Below, in pieces: positions 11,213 through 24,141 of a DNA stretch of 64,000 nucleotides. A program made the translations under genes and the position numbers. The stretch's first letter is position 1, and every line of letters begins with the position of its first letter. Below the pieces are notes generated by a model. It did no database searches. It was not told where the DNA came from and saw nothing but the letters and a program-made list of their open reading frames with translations. Source of the DNA: Phoronis australis (taxonomy: Eukaryota; Animalia; Phoronida); assembly GCA_002633005.1 (NCBI GenBank), contig NMRA01000307.1, positions 210,688-274,687 on the forward strand, given 5' to 3'.

Positions 11213-14200
11213 GTGATTATTTTAGATAATTGTTCATGGTGCACTTCATGGCTCATGAATGTCAACAGCTTGGCATGTGACACGTTGCCTTTCCCTGTTA
11301 TGTTATATATACTTTCTTGAGAAAATTCTGGTACAATTAACACTCTTTGGACTGTTTTCTCCATATTAGCATAATAAGTCATCTCATTAGTAGTATTTAC
11401 ATGGCAGGACTTGCCTTGGTAAAATTTTCGGGATGTTATATTTTTGTATACTCTTGGAACATTTCCATATGCAGCTTGTTTTTCCATTTTACTCACTGTG
11501 TGGCGCCAACGCATAAAAAATTTTTTCCTCAAAGGTTGGATTGCCATTTTCTACAGAATCCATTCCATTATATGAAATATGTTTGTTTCCCCGGCGTTAT
11601 TAGTAGTAAGTGAAAGTCATGTTTTTGTGTCAAAAGGTCATTTTTGGCTTTTACAACTATGCATGTTGATTTCCGAAATGTTATGTCACACAAGAATCTT
11701 GGTATACTAGACAATATAAAAATTTATAATTGATTAATTATGTACGTGCCCATATCTTATTGTTATATCTATTATGATTATTTCAAAACAAGAATGTTCT
11801 GTATGTTGTATGTTTGTGTTACTGTTAGTGGGTAATGTTTACAAATGTGCATCTTGTCAGTTCACACATATCTATGCAAGGTGGTAATGTAGAGTCAACC
11901 TGTGTTGGCACATTTGAATGTGATGGGTGTGTACAAAGTGTAACCGTGTTATGGAAGTTTTTGAACAATATTGTTGACAGTGCTGGACATTTTTAGATGG
12001 ATTACCAGTTAGCTTAACATTGTAAAGTAGGTGGAATTCAAGGTTACGACGAACAAAAAACAAAACAGTCATTATCAATGATTTCAGTGACATGATGGGC
12101 TATAGTGCAGCTTTTCAATCTTTTGAAGTCTTGACTTTAAATCTGGGCGTGCAGTTTGATCTTTGTACATGAAATTGAACTGGAAATGTTATGGTTTACA
12201 TGGGTCACTGTGTAATTGTAGTTTGCACTTGCTGACCCCAGCAATAAAGCTATAAGTTCAAGACTGAACTTGAAATGTCAAGTTTAACCAAAGCTTTGAT
12301 TTTTCTCCAGTTTGTAGCTCAAGTGTACACTGGGACTAAATTCTCATCTTTGTAAACCATAACATACTGCAATACCAAATAATGGACTTGTCTTGAGCTG
12401 GAATCTAAGTAGACTGCGAGGTGTCATGAATAATTTTGAGTTTGGTATGGAAATTGAACCCCAAGGTGTGGACCGCAGGTCTTTTACCGTGGGTCTTAAA
12501 CCATGAGTTTTGGATTCCTGTGGTCAATCTGCTGATTCTTTATCTGCTTATAATTTTTATTTGTTTCTGTAAAATCACTTGTGCCAGTTCTTAATGGTTG
12601 TGATATGGGTTGGAGCTTCTAACATTACCTTGTCTCATGTGTTTCACCTCACCTGCTTTACGTAAAACAAGTTTCTTGTGAGAAAAACGAGATCACGTGT
12701 GTCTTCACAAGATATCGCTATACATTACAAATGAAGCATGTGTGATCACGTTGACTTCACTTGCAAGTGTCTTGCATGTACAGAGTGCAACCTTTATCTA
12801 ACTCATTTATCATGGTGTGTTGATTGTTGGGTTGATAGGTGTTGGTGTTTCTTTTTGTCTACTAACTTTTCATGCCTGCTTTTGGTTCATAGTTTCATGT
12901 TTCCACAGAGTTAATTTGATGACAATGATGCTTCGACTTTAGAGACACGATTATATGAAACGTGTGAAATTATGTTGTTTGTGAATAGCACTCACTCATG
13001 GGGATGCTGGTCAGTGACACTAAATATTGCTTTTTGAAATTTGGTATATGTAATCTGCGGTAAAAGTGAAATAAACAAGGTACCTCTTGAAAATGTCTGC
13101 TGGGAACCAGTCTTCACCAAGTAACGGCAATGTCCGTTATTCAGTTTAAACTGGTTCCCGGTAGCCATTTTCAACAGGGACCTGTTTACTCCACATTAAC
13201 CTAGTGCGCTGTTGTTTTTGCTTTCTTAGATTTATGCCCCTGCTCTGAAACTTCACCCACTAATTCTTTGTCACTGTTTGACTTATCGTTCAGCTTCAGT
13301 CTGTGTGCACTGGGTGCACTGTGTGCAAGTTTGTTTTGCAATTAGTATACTAACCACTTTCAAAGCTTTTTATAACATTCAGCTTCATAAACACATTTGA
13401 AAATGATTGCTGTTTATTAATTGCCCCAATAAGTTGAGCTATGGTCTTATTTTATGTTATATGGTCATTATTTTTGTTAAAACATCAAGAAATGCAATTG
13501 AATAATTTCTGTGATTTTGTTAATCTGTCTAACCGTATTGTTTATAATTTAACCTCGGTGTTGGTGAATCCAAAATTAATTACTATATATTAGTAAAAAT
13601 ATTTCTAATTTCATAATATATAGTTGGTTGATTTGCTTCCCAGCATGTAGTCTGTAATATTTCTAATAAATTTTCATTTAACCTTATGAAGTGTTGTTTT
13701 CTTTGTGGTTAGTATACATTGCAAAACAGTCCCAGTACGTTCCACTTGCATGTTTGTTCTGTGTCCGTGTATTGGCAAGCTACAGTCTCTTGATTTAGAA
13801 ATTCGGCTATTTAGCATTCAACAAGTTTGTGGGAAAACAAAACATTGTTAAAATCTGAGCTGGTGACCACTAAGCTTTACTCGGGACAAGAATAAAAATT
13901 GACCTATGACATCGGTTGGAATTGGAAAATTTATCCAAAGTGTGACTTGCAATTTGTCAATTTTCAAATTTGGTCTTGAGTAAAGATTTGTGGTCATAAG
14001 ACGCAATGTTCAGGCTACGATGGGAAGATGGATCAAAAGACGCAATGTTCACGCTGTGATGGGAAGATGGATCATGCCAAGGATGTCTCATTAGTGTCTA
14101 GAAGACATCAGTTTTACTAAGTATTCTTTTTGTTGCAAAGTTGACATCTCTTCAACAGACAACTTCTCTTGGGGGAGTTGCAATATAGGTTTCAAGGTTG

Positions 14201-14320
14201 AAGTGAAAATAGTTGTCTGTGGGATGTAATACTGTCACACATAGACAGACATGCACTCCACCTGTGGGATGTTATACTGTAAGCTGTCTTGCATAGACAG
14301 ACATGAACTCTACTCAATCC

Positions 14321-14562
14321 CATGCGCGCATCCAGGGGGCTTGGGGGCTCATTCGAGTGGTGAAGTGGGCAAAAAGGTCCGCCCCTGAGAGACAAAAAGT
14401 CCAAGAAAATGGGACATAAGTCCACTAAATAAGTGCAAATTAACCCGCAATTCACAGTGGTACTCCTGTTTTTTTTTTTTTAGTCCGCCCGCTCTTTTGT
14501 TAGCAAAAGGTCCGCAACGTCAGGAATTTGTGCCCCCATATTGAAGGCTGGGTGCGCGCATG
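14321..14562. mobile_element. MITE inserted in a degenerate ~46-52-bp tandem repeat (~14215-14710)
   Basis: TIRs CATGCGCGCATCCAG / CTGGGTGCGCGCATG; related copy at 26371-26591; no clear TSD. Confidence 0.75.
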
Positions 14563-15419
14563 CCACCTGTGGGATGTTGTACTGTAAACTGTCGCACATA
14601 GACAGACATGTACTCCACCTGTGGGATGTTAAACTAGAAACTGTCACACATAGACGAACATGCACTCCATCTGTGGAATGTTACACTGGAAACTGTCATA
14701 CATAGACTGACGTGCTTACCAACTTTTTGCCAAGTCTTTTGTTCTTGTCACTCAGATGTGACAGATGTAAAGGGCCGTTTTCCTTGAGAAAAGTAAGTTT
14801 ACAGTAATTAGCAGTTGTGCGTAATCGAAAGCACCATATTCATAGTAGCACCATATTCATAGTAGCACCATATTCATAGTAGCAACCAAACGCTTTACCA
14901 CTGAGTCAAATTCCAGGCATTAAATTGTGGAGTATTCTAAGGCTGTTTAAGAAGTAAATGGCAAATGCCAGGCAGACAATGACGAGAATTGGCGATTTAT
15001 GATAAAATCACAAAAACAAACATATTTTGTTGATAGCAAGTGATAGGTTTATTTCATGTAACAGGCCTCCTGTCCACATTACAAATATATAATACATAGA
15101 GAATACAAGATCTTTCAAATCTACAATAATTCATATCAAGGAACTCATTTTGACATTTCTCTGCATTAATCAATATCCGTATATCTCAGGTCTAAGCTGC
15201 GAGTAATATTGGTCCTATATATAGGTCTAAGGTAATAACTTCAACACATTTAATTACATTCAACAATAATCCCAAAGTTGCATTCTTCTGTCACAAAAAG
15301 GTTTATTTATGTCCCTTTGAACTTTGCCATGTCCCTTTAAACATTGTTATAGGGCCATATACCATTGACTTTCTAGTCTTGTTTGTGGGACTAGAAGTTC
15401 TCTGCTTCCATGTTGGCAG

Positions 15420-15437
15420 AGAAAGGAATGAAGAAAG
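15420..15437 (+). CDS. EPS8: candidate 18-nt EPS8 microexon (E)KGMKK
   Basis: tctctgcttccatgttggcag acceptor, AG|gtgaaa donor, phase 1 to 1, no stop. Confidence 0.4.
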
Positions 15438-15734
15438 GTGAAACATGCATAGTCAAATATAGCTGTTTACCAATCGTGAAGTGTCATTCCAGCCGATAAA
15501 ATCTCACCAGTTTCGAACATTTGTTACTATTAAGTTGTCCTTGTCTCATTTTAAAGACTTTTAACCATGTTGTCAATAATGCACATATTCTTTCAACACA
15601 TTGTCTGGTGGTAACTTTACTGAAAATTTGAGAAAATGAATTTCACTTGTCGGTCACATCATATGTCCTAGGTTGGGGAGATACTCTGAGTGAATTTAGC
15701 TGACAATTGTTTGTCATGACAACTACTTACAAGT

Positions 15735-15880
15735 TTGAACGCATGTTCATACATTACATACATACATACAGACAAACAAACGCATGCTCATACATTACAT
15801 TACATACATACATACAAGTTTGCATGCATGTTCATACATTACATACATACATACAGACAAACAAACGCATGTCGAACACA
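15735..15880. repeat. (TACA)n-containing compound repeat, ~3 units
   Basis: cgcatgttcatacattacatacatacatacagacaaacaaa repeated. Confidence 0.85.
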
Positions 15881-16400
15881 TGCACAACACATAGTTATAA
15901 TGGGACCAGTTAAATTTAATATCGAGTGGTTTGAGATTTCCTGTCCAGTATCTTGTACTGCATCATCATGGGTAGCAAATATCTGAATGTCACTGAGGTT
16001 TACAAATTTCATCATATTCCATCATATTGTGGGCTAGAGTTGCCCTATACGTTGCGCTTACAAGTCATGAATAAACTGGTTTACCATATGCATGACGTGC
16101 TCCCCCAAATTTCACTGCTTTTAAGTGAAGTTGTGTACAAAAGGCAAGTCGCTCATTGTGTTTTGTTCCAGCAGGTTACGCAATAGAGGTTGATACATAT
16201 CAACAAAGGAAGCTCAGTTGCAATGTCTCATTTTACTTTTGTCCTTATCAGGGATAACAGGTGTTTTCTGTTCAAACAATGACAACTTTCAGTTTTTAAT
16301 GAGACATTTAGACTGCAGTGTGGGTGGCAACATTGCTAGCAACAGTCAGTCATTGTCACTGACATCCATCTATTATCCCTAATATACAAACAAACTAAAG

Positions 16401-16418
16401 AAGCTGGTCATCAAAGTG
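16401..16418 (+). CDS. EPS8: candidate 18-nt EPS8 microexon (E)AGHQS
   Basis: ccctaat branch-like site, aag acceptor (poor pyrimidine tract), strong G|gtaagt donor, phase 1 to 1. Confidence 0.45.
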
Positions 16419-16560
16419 GTAAGTGCCTATTGTAATCCTAACTGGTAAGAACCATTCACAGTTGCTGGTTGGGTGGTGTATGTAAAGCCTTATGTTTGAC
16501 CATTTGAGAAGGCTTTGTTATTACAAATCTTTAGGCCCTTTCATACTAACTTAACTCCAG

Positions 16561-16578
16561 TAGGAGCAGAGGATTGGG
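16561..16578 (+). CDS. EPS8: candidate 18-nt EPS8 microexon (V)GAEDW
   Basis: perfect TACTAAC branch point, ctccag acceptor, G|gtaagc donor, phase 1 to 1. Confidence 0.55.
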
Positions 16579-17960
16579 GTAAGCTGGTAATTTAGTTGAA
16601 ATATTCGTTTTGATGTTGAGCGCCATCTGGCGGGTTTATTCAAAAACACAAAATACTGAACAAGAAGCCATACAACTACAGAACATCTCGCCTCTGAGCC
16701 ATAACATCGTTAAACAAGCGACAATAGTCCAAGTGCCTCAACTAAGTACTCATGTACTCAATGTCATATCACTATGGCATAAACTGTCACTGTCCAAATA
16801 TCCAGTCCAATACCCATAGTGTTACTTGGCAAGCAAGCAAGTCATATGAAAGTGTATCTAAATAAAACAAGTACCAACTAAGAATGCATCACTAAGAGTA
16901 AAGAACAAGTAACTATAAAATACTTACTTAACAATTGCTCTATAGGACTAGGCCTATAACTACAAACCCGGGGTGGACTACCCAGGAATGTCGTGCCAAG
17001 GTGGTTAGTATCAGGAAATTTGGTACTTTGGTCGATGATCATACAACTGAATTTTTTCGCCTTACATCTATCATGTTCTTATTGAAGGCACCTACATAGA
17101 ATGTACATGCATAGTAGGATTTATACGTCAAACATCGGTTATTTTATTGAACATAAGGTTTTTATGTTGAACATTGATCAGTGTGTAACTGAAGTGAAAG
17201 AAGCATCACGGCATTTGCCCATTGCTCCCAACTTGTTCGATTCTATAGCCCAACAACAAGTTGGGAAGATGACCCCTGTAGCCAATATCTTACATGACTG
17301 ATAACTCCTTTCTGGCATTTATGGTTGGAGGGCCAACTCTCCTTTGTTCAATAATTGCTGTAATCGCCAATAGTGGTATCTAGCCAGACTGGGCTGTGCT
17401 GTTAAAAATAAATTTAAGTTATAACATATTTGAACATAAACCAATAGCATTTCGGAAATCCTCATCAAATGCTGATCGTGTATAGTTTTTGAATCGCCAA
17501 AATCGCCCAACTACAATCAAAGTTACAATCTACTTTAGTATTCTTTCCGAACGTACCAATTCGCTCTGGGTTTGACTGTGTTCACACATGGTCTGTAATA
17601 GGCCTGATAGATAATGGGCCTGCCTGTTGTCATACCAGACAAAAGACTATGCTTGTCAGTTAACAGAGAAGCTAGATGTTATCACACGGCTCACAACCCA
17701 CTATGTCTAGTAAAGTCAGTGAACGGCAGAACGCCGTCAAGATTAATCAGAAAGCAAAGTAAATGTACGGTGACCTCTATTGGAAATTTCTCAACTTAAT
17801 ACGAAATTGATACATTGGAAATAGACACAGCACATTTGATGGGCATAGTGGATTGTCAGTGAGTGAACATGAAAATATTAGTTTTTATTAATACAAATGT
17901 TTGGTTGGAGTATATAATACTTATTGCATTATCTGATCAACCATTATGTTTGCTTGACAG

Positions 17961-17999
17961 AGGAGAAACCCAAGTCAAAAACTGCTGAAATCCATGCAA
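17961..17999 (+). CDS. EPS8: EPS8-like 39-nt exon EEKPKSKTAEIHA
   Basis: tttgcttgacag/gtaagt, symmetric phase 1 to 1. Confidence 0.75.
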
Positions 18000-18974
18000 G
18001 TAAGTAACTGTGTTAATTGCATGTCCATTGTCCCTTTAATTGGATTAGCACGATAAAGTGTTGGTGGAAAAGTTAAGAGTACATTGCTGTTGAGGATCTA
18101 TAGCAATGCAATAATTTTAAAGGTGCATTATTTTTACCTGTTTACCTGGAGAAGTGAAAACGGGATTAGATCTTTTAATCCTACAAAATCGGTTTTACCT
18201 TGACAGGATTCTATTTCCGATACCTACAAGAACATCAAAATCGTCAGCAATTCGGAAAACACTTTAGTGTATTGAGGTTGGTCAACCTTACAATTGCGAA
18301 ATCAAAAAAGAGCATAATGCATTGTTAGTGTCTTAAATTGGCTCATCGTTTGGAATCAATTCAAGATCAGAGGAACATGGTGATGTTTTTAGACCAAAGC
18401 ACTTCAGGGAAGAAAACATTGACAGGGAGGAATGCTGCTTTAGTTTTCCTTGTGGTTTTCTCATATCTTTTATTGACCAAAAGGCTTTAAGTTACTTTGC
18501 ATTCGTGTTTTGCTGAAAAAAATTGATACACCAAACTGGTTTATTTTAAACACAAAAAGCTTGCAGCCTCTTTGCAAGTAGATTCAACTTTCAGATTAAG
18601 ATCTTTGTTATGAGGAGATTTGTCTGCCACTGGTTCATCTTAGCCATTCATCGCACGAACACTCTTGTAATGTTAGTGTAACTCAAAAAGTTTTATTTGA
18701 AATCTTGTAATACATATGGCAATACTCCACTTAGTTTCATACACAAATAATTTTTGATTGTTATTTTCTGTTTTTTAAGGGCTGGTTACTTTACTGTAAG
18801 TAATGTTAATTTCCCAACAGTTGTTTGATGACATCTACACAGTGAAATCCATGCTAGTGATTATATAAAATTTTCTTATCCTATTAATGTCTGGCATATT
18901 GTGTGCTAAATAGATAATTATCATACTTGTGCCAACTTTGCATGTTTACATTCCCACTTATACTTACTTGACAG

Positions 18975-19137
18975 GAGCTCAATCCAACCCCATTGATGAT
19001 GTGAATAGTGAGCTAAAGCAAAGATGGTCCAAAATACAGACTGGTCGTCCAAAATCCACGGCTTTTGTGTATGTAACAAGCAACTCGTCGCCTGCTGAAG
19101 TTAAAGAATGGCTAGGATCAAAGGGTTTCAGCGAAAG
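18975..19137 (+). CDS. EPS8: EPS8-like exon AQSNPIDDVNSELKQR...VKEWLGSKGFSER (start of SAM-like region)
   Basis: ttgacag/gtttac, phase 1 to 2; SSPAEVKEWL..KGFS motif. Confidence 0.9.
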
Positions 19138-19675
19138 GTTTACTTTTTCACTTGATTACATATTTCAGTGATTTACCGTGTGAAATACTAAAATTATGTT
19201 GTGTTATTTGTATGTGTTACAATGTTTAAAGTGTATTTATAAGGACACGAAACCTGCTTTGGCGTATTACCAGATATTGAAAACAACTTTCCCATCCAGT
19301 TATCTCTGAAACAAAACAATGCTCTGTAACCCTCTTAAAAGTAATTTAAATTGTTTCTAGATATGCAAATAATTACAAATAGTGTTTATTATCTTACAAT
19401 CCCAAGATAGTTTAATATTAGAATGTTGAGATGTCGATATATTTCAGTAAGAAGCCCATAATGTTATAGTACTCACACTTAAGTCTGAACATTAAGCTGT
19501 TAGTTAATGTGGCTCTGTTTTTTTTGGAGGAGGGGAGATGTAGTGTGGTGGCGCTCTACTAGGGAGGGCTTGCATTGGATTACAAGTGGCAAGCTTATGC
19601 TACAGATCAAACTGCTGTGTTGTGAATGAGAATACCCACATAAACTAAACCTGCAGTTTTCTTTATTTTCTCTAG

Positions 19676-19811
19676 GACTCAGAAAGTCTTTGCAAACTAC
19701 ACAGGGCGTGATATGTTTGAGCTGAGTCGGCACCAAGTTGAAAAAATCCTTGGGCATGATGAGGGATCGAGGTTGGAAAGTCAGTTAACAGTGCAGAAAA
19801 ATATATGTGGG
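19676..19811 (+). CDS. EPS8: EPS8-like exon TQKVFANYTGRDMFELS...EGSRLESQLTVQKNICG
   Basis: tctctag/gtaagt, phase 2 to 0; EGxRLxSQL motif. Confidence 0.92.
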
Positions 19812-21245
19812 GTAAGTGCTTGCATGTTCATATAAAACTACTCACAGCGTATTTTTGAAAAATTACTCTACACTAGTCCATAATGCCTACTGGACCAATT
19901 ACAAAAACCTCTCATTTGGTATGAACACTAAACGACAGTGGTGCCCAAATTGAAGCTAAATCCAAATATCAGTCTAGTCCAGTATTCAAGTAGTCTTTTG
20001 TCCAGTACCACAACTCGCATATGGTACCAATTATCGACCACAGTTCGTAGAGATACTAAAACCAAATGACACTACATTCATCAGAGAATGGATGAAGCTT
20101 AAATGTGCTTCTATGTTGACAAATTTTTATCACATTTCTGTAGGTAAAAATGACCCTAACCAAGCTTTTCTAGCTGTACGATAAAATTCTCCAATTTGGA
20201 AAAATCGAAAATCTTAAGCCAAATTGAATTTTCTTGGTTTTGAAGATAAATAGAGCACATGTAATTTCGGAGTTCAGAGAATTTCTCAAATATGTTGTTT
20301 CGTATGAACAGAGTCTCAACATAGACTTGGCAGTTCATAAAATCACCAAAAATGGCCGCCAATGCAATATTTTCAAGTAGTGCACAACAAAGATGTGAAT
20401 GATCATTTGTTGTTGATTGTTATTTTTGACTGAATTTGAACAGTCAATATAGAAGATTTCTCAAACTTAGTTCAACCTCCAAGTATGACCAATGTCAATT
20501 TAATGTTTCTCTGTCCCAAACTGAAGAACTCTTACCATAATTCTATTTCACGTTGTCCATGCTTTGTTTATTTTCCCAGGAGCACTCAGTAGTTGCTAGA
20601 CTGTAAAATTTTTGGCTAATTAATAAGAACTAATTAATGGCTAATTGATAAGAACTAAATGTGAGATGTTCAAATATAAAAGATAGTCAATCCTCGTTTC
20701 CCCAATGAATACCAAATTTATCCAGCTGATTGGTTTGTAAAGTAATGTCACAGATCTTGCTTATGAAAGCAAAAATTGTAGTTAAACTTTATCAGAGAAT
20801 CAGTTTTAAAATTAAAATTTTTCAAGCATAGATTATGTAATGAAAGCAAGCAGTATCGTCTTTGATTCGTGTGTTGACCAGGGGTGGAACTCGAGTCGTA
20901 GTGTCCTAGTCTTACTGTAGTTGTTGTATGCAGTCATGTTAGTTGTGTTTACAGGCGAGAGGGAATGAAGCATATGTTTTGATCCGCTTGTTTCCTGTTA
21001 TATTGGTATTATTAGCACCTTTGTTTTGTTTTGTTTTTTCAATATGGTGAGATAACGTCCCTAATTTAACTGCACGTGATAAAACCAGGAATGTAATGAA
21101 GTTCATTGAATGGAAGATATCTGATGACCTCAAACTTTCTAAATTTGAGTTTTAATTTTGCGACTTCTGCTTGACCGTGTGGGACTTTATCCATTAGTCG
21201 AGCATGTTCCCTTACACAGTGGCAGCCATGTTTTTCATGTTGTAG

Positions 21246-21399
21246 TATTCAGCAACACAGGGCCGTACGTCAGAGCTGAGAGCCATCTTGGAGAAGCGAA
21301 AGGAGCGATCAAACACCAGCAGCACTGACGACAATGAAAGCGGACGTCAGCTGGGGAGACCTCCAAGTTACGCTCCAGACAGTCCACCTGACTCTGAGG
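21246..21399 (+). CDS. EPS8: EPS8-like exon YSATQGRTSELRAILEKRKER...PPDSE
   Basis: gttgtag/gtaagt, phase 0 to 1; SELxAILxKRK helix. Confidence 0.9.
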
Positions 21400-23931
21400 G
21401 TAAGTCAGTTATATATATCATTAGTGATACCTGTATGTGCCACTTTGTGTTCTTAATGATGAATGTTAAACGAAGTGAACCCTGCTTTGAATTCTTAGTC
21501 AGTTTCAACCCTGTAATGTATTCTTGTATTGTATGCATTTACCTCAAGCCCCTTTAGCACAAAAACCTGTATACATCTTTGTGAATCACTAATTCAAAAC
21601 TAAGGTGGTGTGTTGAATAGGTTGAAAGTTTTCAATCACCTGGGTAACTATTTTTTTGTTATTGCTTTTTATTAATCATCAATTTTTTGTCATCATCAAT
21701 ATTTATAGTGAGTGATGTTTTCAACTATGTTTTTATAGATATTGAAATAACCTTTTAGTTTCTCTTCCTGTCTTCGATACGACAAGATACATTTTATGCT
21801 TTGATGTTTGTTAAGTAAGCAAATGGTAACCTACACAATCACAGCTATCTGTTGCACATCATATTTTGTTGGTCTTTTGAATCTTGGATTTTATAATTTT
21901 TGGAATTCATCTGTGTTAATGCTATGTTCAAAGTAATGCCCAGCAGCTGATTATCTTCATTTTGAATAATATAATGTCAACATGTGATGCAATAATTTAC
22001 AAACTTTACTTCACTATATTCTCAATGTTAATATACCTTGCTAATACATTGTTACTTGAACTTGGTCTGCTGGACTGTATTTTCCTAATTCCAAATCTGG
22101 ATGATGTTGACTACTAGTGGCAGGAACACCGGTACGAGGGATCTCGTTCGAACAGTAACCAGGCAAACGAGATCCCACACGATGAGTTCTCGCCACCAGT
22201 AGTGGCCAGGTCAACGATTCAAGTTTAAGTAACAATCTGTGTTAATGATTCCATGCTTTATATTAGTACTGAGTGTGTCAGTTTCTGAAATGACGGCTTA
22301 TTTTGATATGTTGAATCGTACAGGGGACCGTTTGTTGGGACGGATAGCATTATTGAATTCGAGCTATCACTACTCTCAGCTTGGAGACAGAATACATCAT
22401 GAAGGTGAACTTTATCATGGTTGTAAAACAAAACAAATTTGAAAATTAATTTGTTTGGCATTGTCATTAATTTGTGCTGCTGTCTGCGCCGCAGTTTTCT
22501 TATTTTCATATGATTAATTGTCAGTTTGCTGTCAACAAAACTGTTTAATTTAACTCTGTAAAAGTGTATAATTATAGACAAGAGTTACGCAATTTAAATT
22601 TGGAGTTAGCACCAATCTACCAACGATTGGGTTGTATGGCCACGTTCTTTTAACAAAATTTAGCAAGAAAGAAAGCCACATTTATAGCAGAAAGGGGTAT
22701 CCAAGACGAAGACCAAATTTCTTTTGGTATTAGTTTTTAAGATGAAATCTCAAAAATGACAACACCTTTTATCATGTTTGTTTCATGCAAATTTTAATTT
22801 TTTGCTACAAAATATTCAAAACCCAAATAGCACCTCATGCGCAATTTTTTTATAATCTTATCAGAATTCCTTACAGCATTTCTAGAACAATGCATAAATT
22901 ATAATATTGAAACTCCGGAGTTAGCTAAATTTGACATTTTGTTGGCTGCTCCTTGTCTTAATTTGTTTTAAATTATGTGTCGACTTTATTTTGTTAATCG
23001 TGTAGTTTTATGACGCTATTGAGTAATTGAGTGTCTCGATTATATTCGTGTTAACTGGTCTGTTTTCTCTACGGATTTGTAGGTTTCAATCATTGAATAG
23101 GTATACTATGCTTTCTTCTTTTTGGTTTCTTAGGGTTTGACTTGGATTATTTTGAACTTTTTGTTTTGCCTTGTAGTCTCGTTTGTTGGGTTTTCTTCTA
23201 TGCATTGTCTCTTAAGCATTTTGGTTTATTTTGTTTTGTTTCAGGTAGAATTTTTATGGCATCTTTAATCAATTTTCTGTTACATTAACAAGCTAATGAT
23301 AGGGGGCACTCCACGTTCCTGGCTTAGTCATGGTGCATTATCGACAAATTTGTCTGCATTATTTCTGGAATTATTTATTTGTATGCTTTGGCACATTACT
23401 CATTTCTGCTTGTTAGTAGGGACATGGCTGCACTCACAAGTTCTTGCAGGTTTCATTGGCTGTTTTTAATTTTGAATCCTGAAGATTGTGGTTCTTGGTT
23501 TTCAAACAGGTATGGTCTTAGCTAAGCGAACATTTGGTAAACCAAGGCAGTGGTTTAAAATTATATCATATTTACACTGAATCAGAGAGCCTATGATTAA
23601 GATCTCTGGTTTCTGTTCTTGTTTATATATTCTAAAAGCATGTGGGTGTCAGATTCAATCATGTTCACATCCCAGAGTGACTGTGAGTGGTCATGTTCAT
23701 TAGTTGACTGTGTGTATGGGCACATGGAGACTGGTTCGTGATGCACCTGAAACAAAACAGCAGTTTCCTGTCATTACATGAAAAGTTACTAGAGACTTGG
23801 GTAAGAAATTTGATCTTATGCTTCCTCACAACTGTTCCTGAAAGATATTTAAGTATCACTTCAACACTAGAAATATATACAAGTATATACATTAAAGTGC
23901 TTGTTACTGAGATAATTTCTATAAATTATTT

Positions 23932-24141
23932 CTAGACTATGATGCGCTCATAGTTACTGGGCTAAACTAGACTATGATGCGCTCATAGTTACTGGGCTAA
24001 ACTAGACTATGATGGGCTCATAGTTACTGGGTTAAACTAGACTATGATGGGCTCATAGTTAGTGGGTTAAACTAGACTATGATGCGCTCATAGTTACTGG
24101 GCTAAACTAGACTATGATGCGCTCATAGTTACTGGGCTAAA
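23932..24141. repeat. 35-bp minisatellite, 6 copies, hairpin-containing unit
   Basis: unit ctagactatgatgcgctcatagttactgggctaaa. Confidence 0.95.

Noticed and set aside
11047-11547. 166-aa minus-strand ORF
   Set aside because: Antisense shadow of the GC-rich EPS8 exon plus intron; no recognisable domain.
11829-11883. Two possible 3-nt microexons (tag|TGG|gtaatg and aag|GTG|gtaatg)
   Set aside because: Such short AG-NNN-GT patterns arise easily by chance, and the acceptor context is not compelling.
18207-18330. Acceptor ttgacag followed by an open frame RFYFRYLQEHQ...
   Set aside because: No phase-compatible strong donor, no EPS8 similarity, and the sequence looks like a repeat fragment.
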